DNA of 64,000 bases from a virus (lineage: Duplodnaviria; Caudoviricetes), in IMG/VR virus record IMGVR_UViG_3300033067_001097, positions 4,410-68,409 of that record. The stretch is one strand, 5' to 3'. Each line of letters begins with the position of its first letter. The first letter of the stretch is position 1. Shown in pieces: positions 19,076 to 28,236 of this stretch. Under the pieces are notes generated by a model. It made no database searches and was not told the DNA's origin. It saw nothing but the letters and a program-made list of their open reading frames with translations. The position numbers were made by a program, and so were the translations under genes.

Positions 19076-19981
19076 ATGGAATTGTATAAGAAACATCGGC
19101 CTTCTGACTTCGGAGATGTTGTCAGTAATAAGACCACATGTGATGTACTAACTAACCTAATTAAATCAGGATTTCCCAAAGCGGTTTTGCTCTCCGGTCC
19201 TTCCGGGAGCGGAAAGACAACTATCGCACGGATCCTTGCAACCAAGCTAGGAATTCATTCGTTTGACTATTTCGAAAAGAACGCGGCGGATGCTCGCGGG
19301 ATTGATGATGTTCGAGAAGTACAGCGAAACGCCAGTGTGAAATCCATGGCTGGCAATGGAAAGATGTTCGTATTTGATGAAGCACATAAGCTCACTGGCG
19401 ATGCCCAGACAATGCTTTTGAAACTCCTGGAAGACGGACCAGAAGGAGTTTACTTTGTTCTCTGCACTACTGATCCGAATAAGTTAATTAAAACAATTCA
19501 TACCCGATGCACAACGTTCCAAACTACAAAGCTAGATAATGAGGAACTTGAACAGCTAGTTCAGAAAGTTGCGGCAAAAGAGAAGTTCAAACTTAAATCA
19601 GAAGTAGCTGAGAAGATTGCGGAATCAGCCGAAGGATCAGCCCGGCAAGCTTTAGTGACCCTTGAAAAAGTGATGCAGATCACTGATGTCGAAGATCAAT
19701 TCAAGGCGATTGTGAATCCAGAAACGACAAAGCAGACTATCGATCTGTGTCGAGCAATGATGAAGAAAGGAGTCACTTGGAAAGAAATCGCAACTATTCT
19801 CAAAAGTATAAATGATGAGCCTGAAACAGTAAGACGTATCGTTCTAGGATATTATAAAGCTGTATTGCTAAATAGCGGGATGCCTATTGCCGTAAAGGTA
19901 ATAAACGCATTTCAATACGACTTTTTTCAATCTGGGGAAGCCGGACTTGCCCTTGCCTGCTATAATGTACTCCACGGATAA
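19076..19981 (+). CDS. AAA+ clamp loader (DnaX gamma/tau-like)
   Basis: LYKKHRP, GPSGSGKTT, DEAH, TIHTRC, GSARQA. Confidence 0.88.
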   Translation: MELYKKHRPSDFGDVVSNKTTCDVLTNLIKSGFPKAVLLSGPSGSGKTTIARILATKLGIHSFDYFEKNAADARGIDDVREVQRNASVKSMAGNGKMFVFDEAHKLTGDAQTMLLKLLEDGPEGVYFVLCTTDPNKLIKTIHTRCTTFQTTKLDNEELEQLVQKVAAKEKFKLKSEVAEKIAESAEGSARQALVTLEKVMQITDVEDQFKAIVNPETTKQTIDLCRAMMKKGVTWKEIATILKSINDEPETVRRIVLGYYKAVLLNSGMPIAVKVINAFQYDFFQSGEAGLALACYNVLHG

Positions 19982-20000
19982 CCTTCTCAGGAGACAATTT

Positions 20001-20288
20001 GTGTCAAAGATCGTAATTACAATTGAAGATGTTGAAAATGGGGACGAACTTGGTTACTCAGTTAATTACGAGTTTGTAACTCGAGATCTTCCTCAAGAAA
20101 AAGATGAACTAACCATCGCAGAAATGATATTTGTGTTTACTAATAAAAGAATAGAGGAAATAAAAAACAGTTACGTTGAATTTAGTAAATTGGAAGGCGA
20201 AGACGTCAAAGTTGTTGAAGAAATAACAAAGGTTCATAAAAATGGAAAAAGCACAACCGAGCGAAAAGAAAAACATTCTCGCAATTGA
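20001..20288 (+). CDS. Hypothetical protein
   Basis: AGGAG then GTG at 20001. Confidence 0.55.
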   Translation: MSKIVITIEDVENGDELGYSVNYEFVTRDLPQEKDELTIAEMIFVFTNKRIEEIKNSYVEFSKLEGEDVKVVEEITKVHKNGKSTTERKEKHSRN

Positions 20289-20670
20289 CAAATACGACTT
20301 GGACACGGAAACTGCAAAGCAACCTACTCTATACAATCACTGGGCGAAGATCGCATGTAAAAAGCGGTTTGAGTACGACAAAGCAAAAGCAGCTCACGAC
20401 GTTCTAAAAGCCAAAGTAGAATTAGAAGTTCGTCGCAATCCAGAAAAGTTTGGATTGGGCAAGGTCACTGAAGATACAGTCAAAGCAGTCATCACTACAG
20501 ACAAAAGACTGATTGACTCTATGGACAACGTTCTTACTCTCAAAAAGGAAGCAGGTGAATTAGACGCTTTGACCGAAGCATTACAGCAACGTAAGAAGTC
20601 AATTGAAGATTTGATCCAATTGTTTTTCAGGGACTATTTCGCGAAACCCAAAACCAAAAAGGTGATTTGA
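20242..20670 (+). CDS. UvsY-like recombination mediator (helical)
   Basis: All-helical; KVTEDTVKAVI; directly upstream of SSB/RecA. Confidence 0.65.
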   Translation: MEKAQPSEKKNILAIDKYDLDTETAKQPTLYNHWAKIACKKRFEYDKAKAAHDVLKAKVELEVRRNPEKFGLGKVTEDTVKAVITTDKRLIDSMDNVLTLKKEAGELDALTEALQQRKKSIEDLIQLFFRDYFAKPKTKKVI

Positions 20671-22031
20671 TGGCTCCTCCTAAAGCTAAGCAGAAGATGG
20701 TTTACACTAGCGGCAAGAAGACTGCTGCCAAGCTGGATAGTAATAACAGCATTGAATGGTTCAAGACAAGTCTCTCTCAGTACAAATTGAAGGCAGATAC
20801 CAAGAACAAGTTTGATATTCTCCCTTATACAGCCCGAAAGGGAAATAGGAATGCTGAAGAAGGAAACTGGCATTATGAATTGAGTGTCTATGTCCATAAG
20901 GGGCTTGGCAGTGATGGACGTCGGCAGGTGATCTGTCCGTCGAAGATGAAGGGAGGTAATTGCCCGATCTGTGCTTACATCAGCAAGCACCGGGCAGAAA
21001 TGACAGATCAGGAACGCGGGGCTCTTAGTGCCAAGCATCGACAGATCTTTATTGTTCTCGATCGTCTTGCGGAAGATGCTAATCAACGTATCAAGTTCTT
21101 CGAAACGTCTTACAAGATGGGATTTGGAGAACTACTGAGTAATACATTGTCTGCCGAAGCTGATGATGATCCTATTCAGCATCTGCATTCACTACAAGAA
21201 GGTCAAACGGTAGTTGTATCTGCCAAGAACAAATCCTATTCTGGTAATACGTACGTAGCTCCTGTCACTCTCAAGACAGAACCTCGGAAGAAGCCTTTAC
21301 CAGAATCGATTTTGGAGCAGTACGAAAATCCTGAAGACTGTTTGATTTATCTTGATGAGGCAGAGATCAAGAAAATCTTCACGTCAGGAATCGGCGGGGT
21401 CGAGGAAGTTCCTTCAGTTGATGAGGATGACGAAGATGATGATGACAAGGACGAAGTGGATACAGATGAACTGGAAGACGACGAAGAGGATGGAGACGAT
21501 GAAGACTCCGATGCTTCTGATGATACTGATGATGGTGATTCCGACAGCGATGATGATGACGATGAAGAAGATGACAAGCCTGCTCCTAAAGCGAAATCGG
21601 GCAAAGCAAAGCCGGCACCTGCTGCCGTCGAAGACGACGAAGAGGATGCAGACGACGATGAAGAGTCTGATGAAACTGACGATGAAGAAGATGAAGCAGA
21701 CGATGAGGATGCATCAGATGATGATGGTGATGACGATGAGGATGAGAAGCCTAAAGGCAAAAAGAAGCAAAAGACTGCAAAAGAGTGTGGGATTTCTCTC
21801 AAGGATAAAGTCAAGCATGCCGAGCTTGGCATCTGCGAAGTGACTCACATTTCAGGGGATGGTACTTCTCTTAAGCTCAAGGACAAGAGTGGCGAAGTGC
21901 ATATGGCTATGGCTCCTGAAGATTGCACGGTGATCAAGAGTAAGGAATCTGCCAAGCCTGCAAAAGAAGAGAAGACTGAGAAGAAGGCAGGGAAGAAGCC
22001 GCCCGTTGCAGATGATGACGATGAATGGTAA
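20667..22031 (+). CDS. gp32-like ssDNA-binding protein with very long acidic linker
   Basis: FDILPY, YVHKGLG, VICP...CPIC; D/E-rich tract; context UvsY-SSB-RecA. Confidence 0.72.
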   Translation: MMAPPKAKQKMVYTSGKKTAAKLDSNNSIEWFKTSLSQYKLKADTKNKFDILPYTARKGNRNAEEGNWHYELSVYVHKGLGSDGRRQVICPSKMKGGNCPICAYISKHRAEMTDQERGALSAKHRQIFIVLDRLAEDANQRIKFFETSYKMGFGELLSNTLSAEADDDPIQHLHSLQEGQTVVVSAKNKSYSGNTYVAPVTLKTEPRKKPLPESILEQYENPEDCLIYLDEAEIKKIFTSGIGGVEEVPSVDEDDEDDDDKDEVDTDELEDDEEDGDDEDSDASDDTDDGDSDSDDDDDEEDDKPAPKAKSGKAKPAPAAVEDDEEDADDDEESDETDDEEDEADDEDASDDDGDDDEDEKPKGKKKQKTAKECGISLKDKVKHAELGICEVTHISGDGTSLKLKDKSGEVHMAMAPEDCTVIKSKESAKPAKEEKTEKKAGKKPPVADDDDEW

Positions 22032-22051
22032 AGTGTTGATTAGTTAATTCT

Positions 22052-22081
22052 AGGTAGGGAAATATTTCCCTACCTCTTTTT
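22052..22081 (+). terminator. Intrinsic terminator
   Basis: AGGTAGGGAA/TTCCCTACCT stem followed by CTTTTT. Confidence 0.75.
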
Positions 22082-22093
22082 ATGGAATAAAAC

Positions 22094-23170
22094 ATGTCAG
22101 AAGTATCAGACTTAATCAATGCTCCTATTGAGCAACCAATTAAGCCAGAAGATTTATTGTCTTCTGGTTGTTCTGTTTTCAATATGGCTGCAACTGGAAC
22201 TACCAAGGGAGCATTTGTAAAAGGACATTATATTCATTTTGTTGGATCATCTGGATCTGGCAAGACTTGGCAAGCTCTAACCATTCTTGCGGAAGCTGCC
22301 AACAACAAAAACTTCGATGATTACGAATTGATATATGATGGTCCGGAGAACGGTGCATTTGATACAATCTTCAAGTACTTCGGAAACAAACTCAAGAGTC
22401 GTATCGTCAATCCTAAGTTAGGCAAGGATCTTCAAAACTCATCCAAGACGACAGAAGACTTGTACTTTACTTTACACACACTTCAGAAGAAGAAAAAGAA
22501 GTTTGTGTATGTTCTCGATTCCATGGACGCTCTTCATTCCGCCGCAGACGAAGCGAAGTTGGAAGAGGACGCTGCCAAACACGCCAAGGGAAAGAAATCA
22601 GAGAAGGGAACTTACGGAACTGGCAAAGCCAAAGATAATTCTACTTACTTACGATCCATCGTAAATAAGTTAAGTGAGACTGGATCAATTCTGATTGTCA
22701 TTAGCCAGACTCGCAAGACAATTGGAATGGGAGCAATGTTCAATCCAGAAACTTACTCTGGTGGAGATGCCCTTACTTTCTATTCTCATATGAGAGTTTG
22801 GACAAAGATTAAGAAGACTCTTAAGACAGACATCAATGGAAAGAAGTACGTGTATGGAAACATACTTCAGTACACAATCAAGAAGAATCGGGTTGAAGGA
22901 TGGGAAGGCAGTATCGACATTCCTTTCCTGAAACGATCGGGATTAGATGATGTTGGAGCATCGGTTAATTTCCTAGTCAACGTTCGACACTGGAAGAAGA
23001 CGGGCGGAAAGGTTGCTGCTACTGAACTCAATCTAACTCTGAGTCAAGAGGATCTGATCGAGCGCATTCAAACGAACGGATTAGAAAAGCAGTTAAATAA
23101 AATCATTCGTGTTGTGTACAAAGAGATTGAAAAGAAGTGCACGGTTGTTAGAAAGAAAAAATACGAATAG
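22094..23170 (+). CDS. recA: RecA/UvsX-like recombinase
   Basis: GSSGSGKT, YVLDSMDAL, VISQTR, YSGGDALTFYS. Confidence 0.88.
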   Translation: MSEVSDLINAPIEQPIKPEDLLSSGCSVFNMAATGTTKGAFVKGHYIHFVGSSGSGKTWQALTILAEAANNKNFDDYELIYDGPENGAFDTIFKYFGNKLKSRIVNPKLGKDLQNSSKTTEDLYFTLHTLQKKKKKFVYVLDSMDALHSAADEAKLEEDAAKHAKGKKSEKGTYGTGKAKDNSTYLRSIVNKLSETGSILIVISQTRKTIGMGAMFNPETYSGGDALTFYSHMRVWTKIKKTLKTDINGKKYVYGNILQYTIKKNRVEGWEGSIDIPFLKRSGLDDVGASVNFLVNVRHWKKTGGKVAATELNLTLSQEDLIERIQTNGLEKQLNKIIRVVYKEIEKKCTVVRKKKYE

Positions 23171-23192
23171 ATTAAAACTGGGAAATGAGGTA

Positions 23193-23220
23193 TTGTCATC
23201 CGCAGACCAGCAGATATCAT
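23193..23220 (+). promoter_or_regulatory. Sigma70-type promoter TTGTCA-N16-TATCAT
   Basis: Same GTATTGTCA-N16 layout as the promoter at 30223. Confidence 0.6.
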
Positions 23221-23268
23221 AATAGTGTTGTGGTGGAATTAAGACTTACTCTATTTATGAGGTGATTT

Positions 23269-23724
23269 GTGGCCATTCCGAAGTTGGCACTTGCCAAGCT
23301 TACCGCTCTCTCTGAGCCTACCCGTATGGGTATCATTTTGCATCTTGCGTCGAGCAAGGAATCCCTGCCGGTCAGCACGATTGCTACCAATTTGGGACTC
23401 GAATTCGTCAACGTCAGCCATCACCTGGGCATTCTGGAGCAATCCGGGCTGGTGATCAAGGACAAGGCGGGTCGGTCCGTCATTGCTTCACTGAATCCGG
23501 ACGTGTGGAATAGCTCGAACAAAGAAGACACTTGCGGCTATTTTGCCTTCGATGGCTTCAAGCTGGCTCTTCCTGGGCTCTCGGTTGTGAGTCTGAAGGC
23601 AGCTGCCGCCAAGCCCGCAGCGAAGCCTAAGGTGGAAAAGGCAGCTCCGAAGAAGAAGCCAGCTCCCGCTCCTAAGCCGGAAGTGGATGACGAAGATGAT
23701 GACGATGATGACACCGACGAGTAA
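23269..23724 (+). CDS. ArsR/SmtB-like winged-HTH regulator with K/P-rich and acidic tail
   Basis: LTALSEPTRMGIILHL...VSHHLGILEQSGLV; AGGTGA RBS with GTG start. Confidence 0.82.
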   Translation: MAIPKLALAKLTALSEPTRMGIILHLASSKESLPVSTIATNLGLEFVNVSHHLGILEQSGLVIKDKAGRSVIASLNPDVWNSSNKEDTCGYFAFDGFKLALPGLSVVSLKAAAAKPAAKPKVEKAAPKKKPAPAPKPEVDDEDDDDDDTDE

Positions 23725-23746
23725 TCATTTGTTCTTTATCTAATCT

Positions 23747-23776
23747 AAAGCCGGAGTAACTTCCGGCTTTCTTTTT
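23747..23776 (+). terminator. Intrinsic terminator
   Basis: AAAGCCGGAG/TTCCGGCTTT stem then CTTTTT. Confidence 0.8.
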
Positions 23777-23792
23777 GAAGCAAGGATAAAAA

Positions 23793-24077
23793 ATGATTAT
23801 GCCTGCCAGTGAGCTTGAAGCATTTGTAAATTTGATAAAACTGACTTCGGCTGAACAAGACGCAGAAGCAGCATTTGCTACAGCACGAGCTAATCATGCA
23901 AAGGCAAGGCTTGATCGAATAGAACTTGCCAAAGCAATTGCACTTAAATACAAATTTGACAGTGCAGTAGGTGCTCATTATATTAATATTAATGGTTGCT
24001 TATATAAATTTATATTTTTAGGAGGAGAAAACTGGACAATTTCTCCCATGAAAGTCAAGGAACTCAATAATGAATGA
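23793..24077 (+). CDS. Hypothetical protein
   Basis: AAGGA upstream. Confidence 0.6.
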   Translation: MIMPASELEAFVNLIKLTSAEQDAEAAFATARANHAKARLDRIELAKAIALKYKFDSAVGAHYININGCLYKFIFLGGENWTISPMKVKELNNE

Positions 24078-24183
24078 ACTGAAACATTATTGTCAAGCAT
24101 GTGGCCGCGAGATCGTTTTCAATGGAAAGTATTGGGCCCATGTAGATTGGAATCCTCGACATGTCGCTATCCCAAGAGAATAA
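24070..24183 (+). CDS. Tiny CxxC/His protein (37 aa, not in ORF track)
   Basis: MNELKHYCQACGREIVFNGKYWAH; overlaps upstream stop. Confidence 0.45.
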   Translation: MNELKHYCQACGREIVFNGKYWAHVDWNPRHVAIPRE

Positions 24184-24185
24184 CA

Positions 24186-24290
24186 ATGAGTGATGCTGCA
24201 ATCCAAATGATCTGTGGAGCAGTGGTTACAATTGCTTTCATGTTTTTTATTTTATTATTAGTAAAATGGGCTGGATCCAACGAAGATTAA
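24186..24290 (+). CDS. Small single-TM peptide (34 aa)
   Basis: ICGAVVTIAFMFFILLLV. Confidence 0.45.
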   Translation: MSDAAIQMICGAVVTIAFMFFILLLVKWAGSNED

Positions 24291-24814
24291 CTCAAGCGGG
24301 AGTGGTGAAATTGGTAAACACATCAGACTTAAAATCTGACACTGATAACACAGTTTGTGGGTTCGACTCCCACCTTCCGCAAAAAATCTGTAGTAAGTGT
24401 GGTGAATCCAAACTCACTACAGATTTTTTCAAACACAGAACTTGGTGTAAGTTCTGTGTCTACAAATCTAAAAAAGAACGTATTGATAAAGTAAAAGGAC
24501 GCAGGCTCATTACTGCAATGACTGCTAATCAGTACGATAAAAATATAACTTGCAAACGTTGCAATAAAACAAAACTTGCTGGTGAATTTCAAGATTCCGT
24601 CCACTGCAAATCTGGGAAACGCTCTGTATGTCTTAACTGCGTTCGGCTACAATCTCGGAAGTCCAAACTCCGTTGCAAAGAAGAGAGATTGCAGAATGGC
24701 ACGAAGCAAGAAGCGACGTTACAATCCCAGGCCGCAATGCAACCTTCACAAGAAACCACCACAACAACAAGTCAGTTCAAAGAAAAAGAAGTCTTTGAAG
24801 AAAAAGCTTTTTGA
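24266..24814 (+). CDS. Tandem C4 Zn-finger protein whose frame runs through tRNA-Leu
   Basis: CSKC..WCKFC and CKRC..VCLNC modules; no start codon between the tRNA 3' end and the first Cys. Confidence 0.55.
   Translation: MGWIQRRLTQAGVVKLVNTSDLKSDTDNTVCGFDSHLPQKICSKCGESKLTTDFFKHRTWCKFCVYKSKKERIDKVKGRRLITAMTANQYDKNITCKRCNKTKLAGEFQDSVHCKSGKRSVCLNCVRLQSRKSKLRCKEERLQNGTKQEATLQSQAAMQPSQETTTTTSQFKEKEVFEEKAF
24296..24381 (+). tRNA. tRNA-Leu(TAA), CCA not encoded
   Basis: GCGGGAG/CTTCCGC acceptor, TCAGA-CTTAAAA-TCTGA anticodon arm, long variable arm, GTGGG-TTCGACT-CCCAC. Confidence 0.92.
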
Positions 24815-25043
24815 AGATGAATTACTCAAACCTTGCTGCTTTTGTTCTAAATCCCTGAACTTTGAAACCGCGACGATCGAACACATCATTCCCTTATCAA
24901 AGGGTGGCAACTGGAAAATTGATAATCTAGATATCTCCTGCTCTGAGTGCAATAACGAAAGAAGCAGTAAGGGTTATTCCTATTTCAGAATTACGAAATG
25001 GAATGAACTCAATAAGTATATTAACTGCATAGGTACGTTGTGA
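24696..25043 (+). CDS. HNH endonuclease
   Basis: CCFC...TIEHIIPLSKGG...NL..SCSECN; start trimmed to MARSKK. Confidence 0.88.
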   Translation: MARSKKRRYNPRPQCNLHKKPPQQQVSSKKKKSLKKKLFEDELLKPCCFCSKSLNFETATIEHIIPLSKGGNWKIDNLDISCSECNNERSSKGYSYFRITKWNELNKYINCIGTL

Positions 25044-25861
25044 ATAACTGGTTGTTATTAGATTGTAACTCTATATCATATGTAGCTTATTATGCTATTT
25101 CGAAAGAGTTGACCTATGGAAACATCCGTACGGATGTTATCTATGGATTCATGTCAATGTCACTTCAATTGATCAATGAATTCTCTGATCACATTCCTGT
25201 CTTTTGTTGGGATCATGGCTACGGTAAACGAAAGACTATCTTCCCTGGATACAAACTCAAACGGGATCTACTTCCTCCGGAAGAGTTGAAGAAGCGAGAA
25301 GCTTTCAAAGAACAAATAGAAATCATCAAATTTAAATATCTTCCTGAAATGAAAGTTACCAATAACTTTTACGCAGACGGATATGAAGCTGATGACGTCA
25401 TTGCTTCCATCAGTAAGCGATTGCCTGAAAGGGATAAAGCCATAATCGTATCAGGGGATCAGGATCTTTACCAATTGTTATCCAACAAGGTTCATATTTA
25501 CTGTCCTAGATACCGCACTTTGATGACCAAACCTAAGTTCTTGATGAAGTACGGGATTCCTGTTTCTCAGTGGGCGTTCTATAAGTCACTTGCAGGATGT
25601 TCTTCTGACTGCATTCCTGGATGCCCTGGAATCGGCCCCAAGAAAGCTTTGCAGTTCATCAATGACGAACTGACTAATCCAGCGAAGATAGAACACTTCA
25701 TGGAAACAGAAACTTATAAAATGTATAAGTTACTTACAACTATTCCACTTCCTGGCTGTCCGAAGTTTGATCCAGTCGTAGAAAATATCAATATTCGGGA
25801 GTGGAGTAAGCTGGCTTCCAGGTTAGGTATGAAATCTCTACAGGGAAAACTCAATGGCTAA
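25040..25861 (+). CDS. 5'-3' exonuclease / flap endonuclease
   Basis: LLDCN, EADDVIA, SGDQDLYQL, GCSSDCIPGCPGIGPKKA. Confidence 0.9.
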   Translation: MNNWLLLDCNSISYVAYYAISKELTYGNIRTDVIYGFMSMSLQLINEFSDHIPVFCWDHGYGKRKTIFPGYKLKRDLLPPEELKKREAFKEQIEIIKFKYLPEMKVTNNFYADGYEADDVIASISKRLPERDKAIIVSGDQDLYQLLSNKVHIYCPRYRTLMTKPKFLMKYGIPVSQWAFYKSLAGCSSDCIPGCPGIGPKKALQFINDELTNPAKIEHFMETETYKMYKLLTTIPLPGCPKFDPVVENINIREWSKLASRLGMKSLQGKLNG

Positions 25862-26432
25862 GGGCGGACAATTCGAACGGGACTTCTCCAGGGATCTTTC
25901 TCTATGGTGGACCAAAGGGAAGCGTGACGATATCTTCTGGCGTACCGCTGGATCTGGAGCCAGGGCTACCGTACGCACCAAACAAGGAAAATCTACTGCT
26001 GGTCAGTACGGGGATATCACAGCAACTGACCCAGTAGGAAAACTGTTGATTGATAATATTCTGTTTGAACTGAAGAACGGCTATCCAGAAGCAGAGATTG
26101 AAAAACTTATTAATTATAGTTTAACAAAGAAGAATGCGGCGGCCGGCACTGATCTCTATTCCAAGTGGATTGAGAAGTGCGAGAAATCTTGCAAAGCTTC
26201 CAAGATCCCTGGATGGATGATCGTACACAAGCGAGCGAATCGCGAACCTCTTATTACTATGAATCTTTCTGCTTTTTTCATTGTGGCTGGTAGAGGTACG
26301 GTAACCCGGACATTTGAACCTATCATGTCCATACTTATGGATAATAAAACTTTTTATCGCACTATAAGGTTAGAACAGCTATTTGCAATTGATTCTGATG
26401 AGGTTAAGAAGTGCTTACGAAACTCAAACTAA
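25854..26432 (+). CDS. Holliday junction resolvase-like PD-(D/E)xK nuclease
   Basis: KGGQFER, RTAGSGA, GDI...FELKN. Confidence 0.78.
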   Translation: MAKGGQFERDFSRDLSLWWTKGKRDDIFWRTAGSGARATVRTKQGKSTAGQYGDITATDPVGKLLIDNILFELKNGYPEAEIEKLINYSLTKKNAAAGTDLYSKWIEKCEKSCKASKIPGWMIVHKRANREPLITMNLSAFFIVAGRGTVTRTFEPIMSILMDNKTFYRTIRLEQLFAIDSDEVKKCLRNSN

Positions 26433-27283
26433 CCAACTTTCAAACTCATGAAAACACAACCATCGAGTTCGACAAGATCACTACTATCATTGGCAGCAAC
26501 GGAGCTGGCAAGAGCAGCATTGTTAGGTCTCTGGATCTCCTCTTCAATAACTACCCGAGAGGAACATCTTACATCACGCATGGAGCTGAGGAATGCGAGG
26601 TTAAGGCGAAGCTTGATAATAAAACAATTAGACGAGTTAGAGGAAAGGTAAACGAATACTACCTTGACGATAAGAAATTCAACGCCTTTGGTTCTGAAGT
26701 TCCTGATGACATAAAAGAGTTCGTAAATATAAACGAACTGAATATTCAAAAGCAGCTTGACTCCGCTCTTTGGTTTCACTTATCTCCATTGGAGATTAGC
26801 AGAAAGTTAAACAAGATTGTGAATCTTGATTTAATTGACGGAGTTCTGAAAGATGTTGCCAGTCAATTATACTCTGCTAATAGTGATATTAGGTACAATG
26901 ATTCTCAGATCAAACAAGCAGAAGAAGCCGTTGATAAAGGTAAGTGGATTGAAGAAGTTGAAGAGAAAGTCGTTAAACTAAAGCAGAAACAGAAACTACT
27001 GGAGCAGAAGAAGCAAGAACTTCGTGACATAAAAGAGTTGAATAGGAAGATTACGGAACTCCTGACGAAGGTTAAAAAGGTACCCAGCATTGACTTTCAG
27101 ACCCTGGATAATAAACTATCTGAATTGCAATCGCTTAGGACAGAACAGAATCGAATGGAATCAGCTGTTCAGAATTGGAAGCGAGTTGAATCTTCTGTGA
27201 GTATGGCAGAAGCTGATTGTCAAAAGTCGGAAACAGAATTTAACAAGCTTAAACAACTGGAGTGCCCGTTATGCGGAAAGTAA
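26411..27283 (+). CDS. sbcC: SbcC/Rad50 N-terminal half (Walker A, coiled coil, terminal Zn hook)
   Basis: LTNFQTH, GSNGAGKSS, Q-loop NIQKQ, ends CPLCGK. Confidence 0.88.
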   Translation: MLTKLKLTNFQTHENTTIEFDKITTIIGSNGAGKSSIVRSLDLLFNNYPRGTSYITHGAEECEVKAKLDNKTIRRVRGKVNEYYLDDKKFNAFGSEVPDDIKEFVNINELNIQKQLDSALWFHLSPLEISRKLNKIVNLDLIDGVLKDVASQLYSANSDIRYNDSQIKQAEEAVDKGKWIEEVEEKVVKLKQKQKLLEQKKQELRDIKELNRKITELLTKVKKVPSIDFQTLDNKLSELQSLRTEQNRMESAVQNWKRVESSVSMAEADCQKSETEFNKLKQLECPLCGK

Positions 27284-28236
27284 AACAGCCGATTCCTGTT
27301 GCTTTGTTCTGTTCTGACATTCATTTGTCTGACGAAGTTCCCGCAGCTCGGGCAGAAACTGCCGAAGAGTGGCGAGTAGTCCAATTTGATTACATGGATC
27401 AGATGATTACTCTGGCTAACCAGAACGATATTCCAATCTTTATTGCCGGCGACATTTTCCATACCTGGGAAGTATCTCTACGGCTACTCAACGATCTAAT
27501 GATGATTCTTAGTAAATCTAAGAATGCTATCTTTGCCATTCCGGGGAATCACGATCTTCCCAATCACAATTACTTAAATATCTATCGATCGGCTTATGGG
27601 TCATTGGTACTTGCAGAACGGATTGTGGAAGTTGGGATCCACGGCAAAATCGGCTTGCATCTGAAGAAGAAAGTCATCAACGTTTGGGGATTTCCCTATG
27701 GAACTGATCTGATTGAGATCGAAAAGGACGAAGGGGAACTCAACATTGCGATGATCCACAAGTTCTGCTGGTACGGCAAGCACAGCCATAAGAAGGCAGA
27801 AGAGACGAATCGAGCGGATCAACTTGCAAAGCAGCTAAAGGGCTTTGACGCTGCCGTATTCGGCGATAATCACACTGGCTTTCTGCATGAGCGAGATATC
27901 GATATTTTCAATTGTGGTTGCATGATTCCCCGTAGATTGCCGGAACAGCTGCTGACTCCCCAAGTCGGGATTCTATACAGTGATGCTCATATCAAAGTAG
28001 TTCCTTTGGACAAGTCAAAAGACAAATGGAAAGAAAAGATCGAACTTCCTGATCATCCGAGTACATCAAACATTGATGTATATTCTATCTTTGAAGGAAT
28101 GGAAAGTCTTCCTTCTGAAGCCAAGATTGATTATGCGGAACGTGTCCTGGATCTCATGGAACAGAACGAGATCCGGGAGGAAGTGAAAACGATTGTCTTG
28201 AAGACTCTCGATAAGGCACGGAAGGAACTCATATGA
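27262..28236 (+). CDS. sbcD: SbcD/Mre11 metallophosphoesterase nuclease
   Basis: SDIH, AGDIFH, PGNHD, GDNH. Confidence 0.9.
   Translation: MPVMRKVKQPIPVALFCSDIHLSDEVPAARAETAEEWRVVQFDYMDQMITLANQNDIPIFIAGDIFHTWEVSLRLLNDLMMILSKSKNAIFAIPGNHDLPNHNYLNIYRSAYGSLVLAERIVEVGIHGKIGLHLKKKVINVWGFPYGTDLIEIEKDEGELNIAMIHKFCWYGKHSHKKAEETNRADQLAKQLKGFDAAVFGDNHTGFLHERDIDIFNCGCMIPRRLPEQLLTPQVGILYSDAHIKVVPLDKSKDKWKEKIELPDHPSTSNIDVYSIFEGMESLPSEAKIDYAERVLDLMEQNEIREEVKTIVLKTLDKARKELI

Noticed and set aside
21347-21843. Ser-rich antisense and Met/Thr-rich alternative-frame ORFs
   Set aside because: By-products of GAY/GAR codon runs in the SSB acidic linker.
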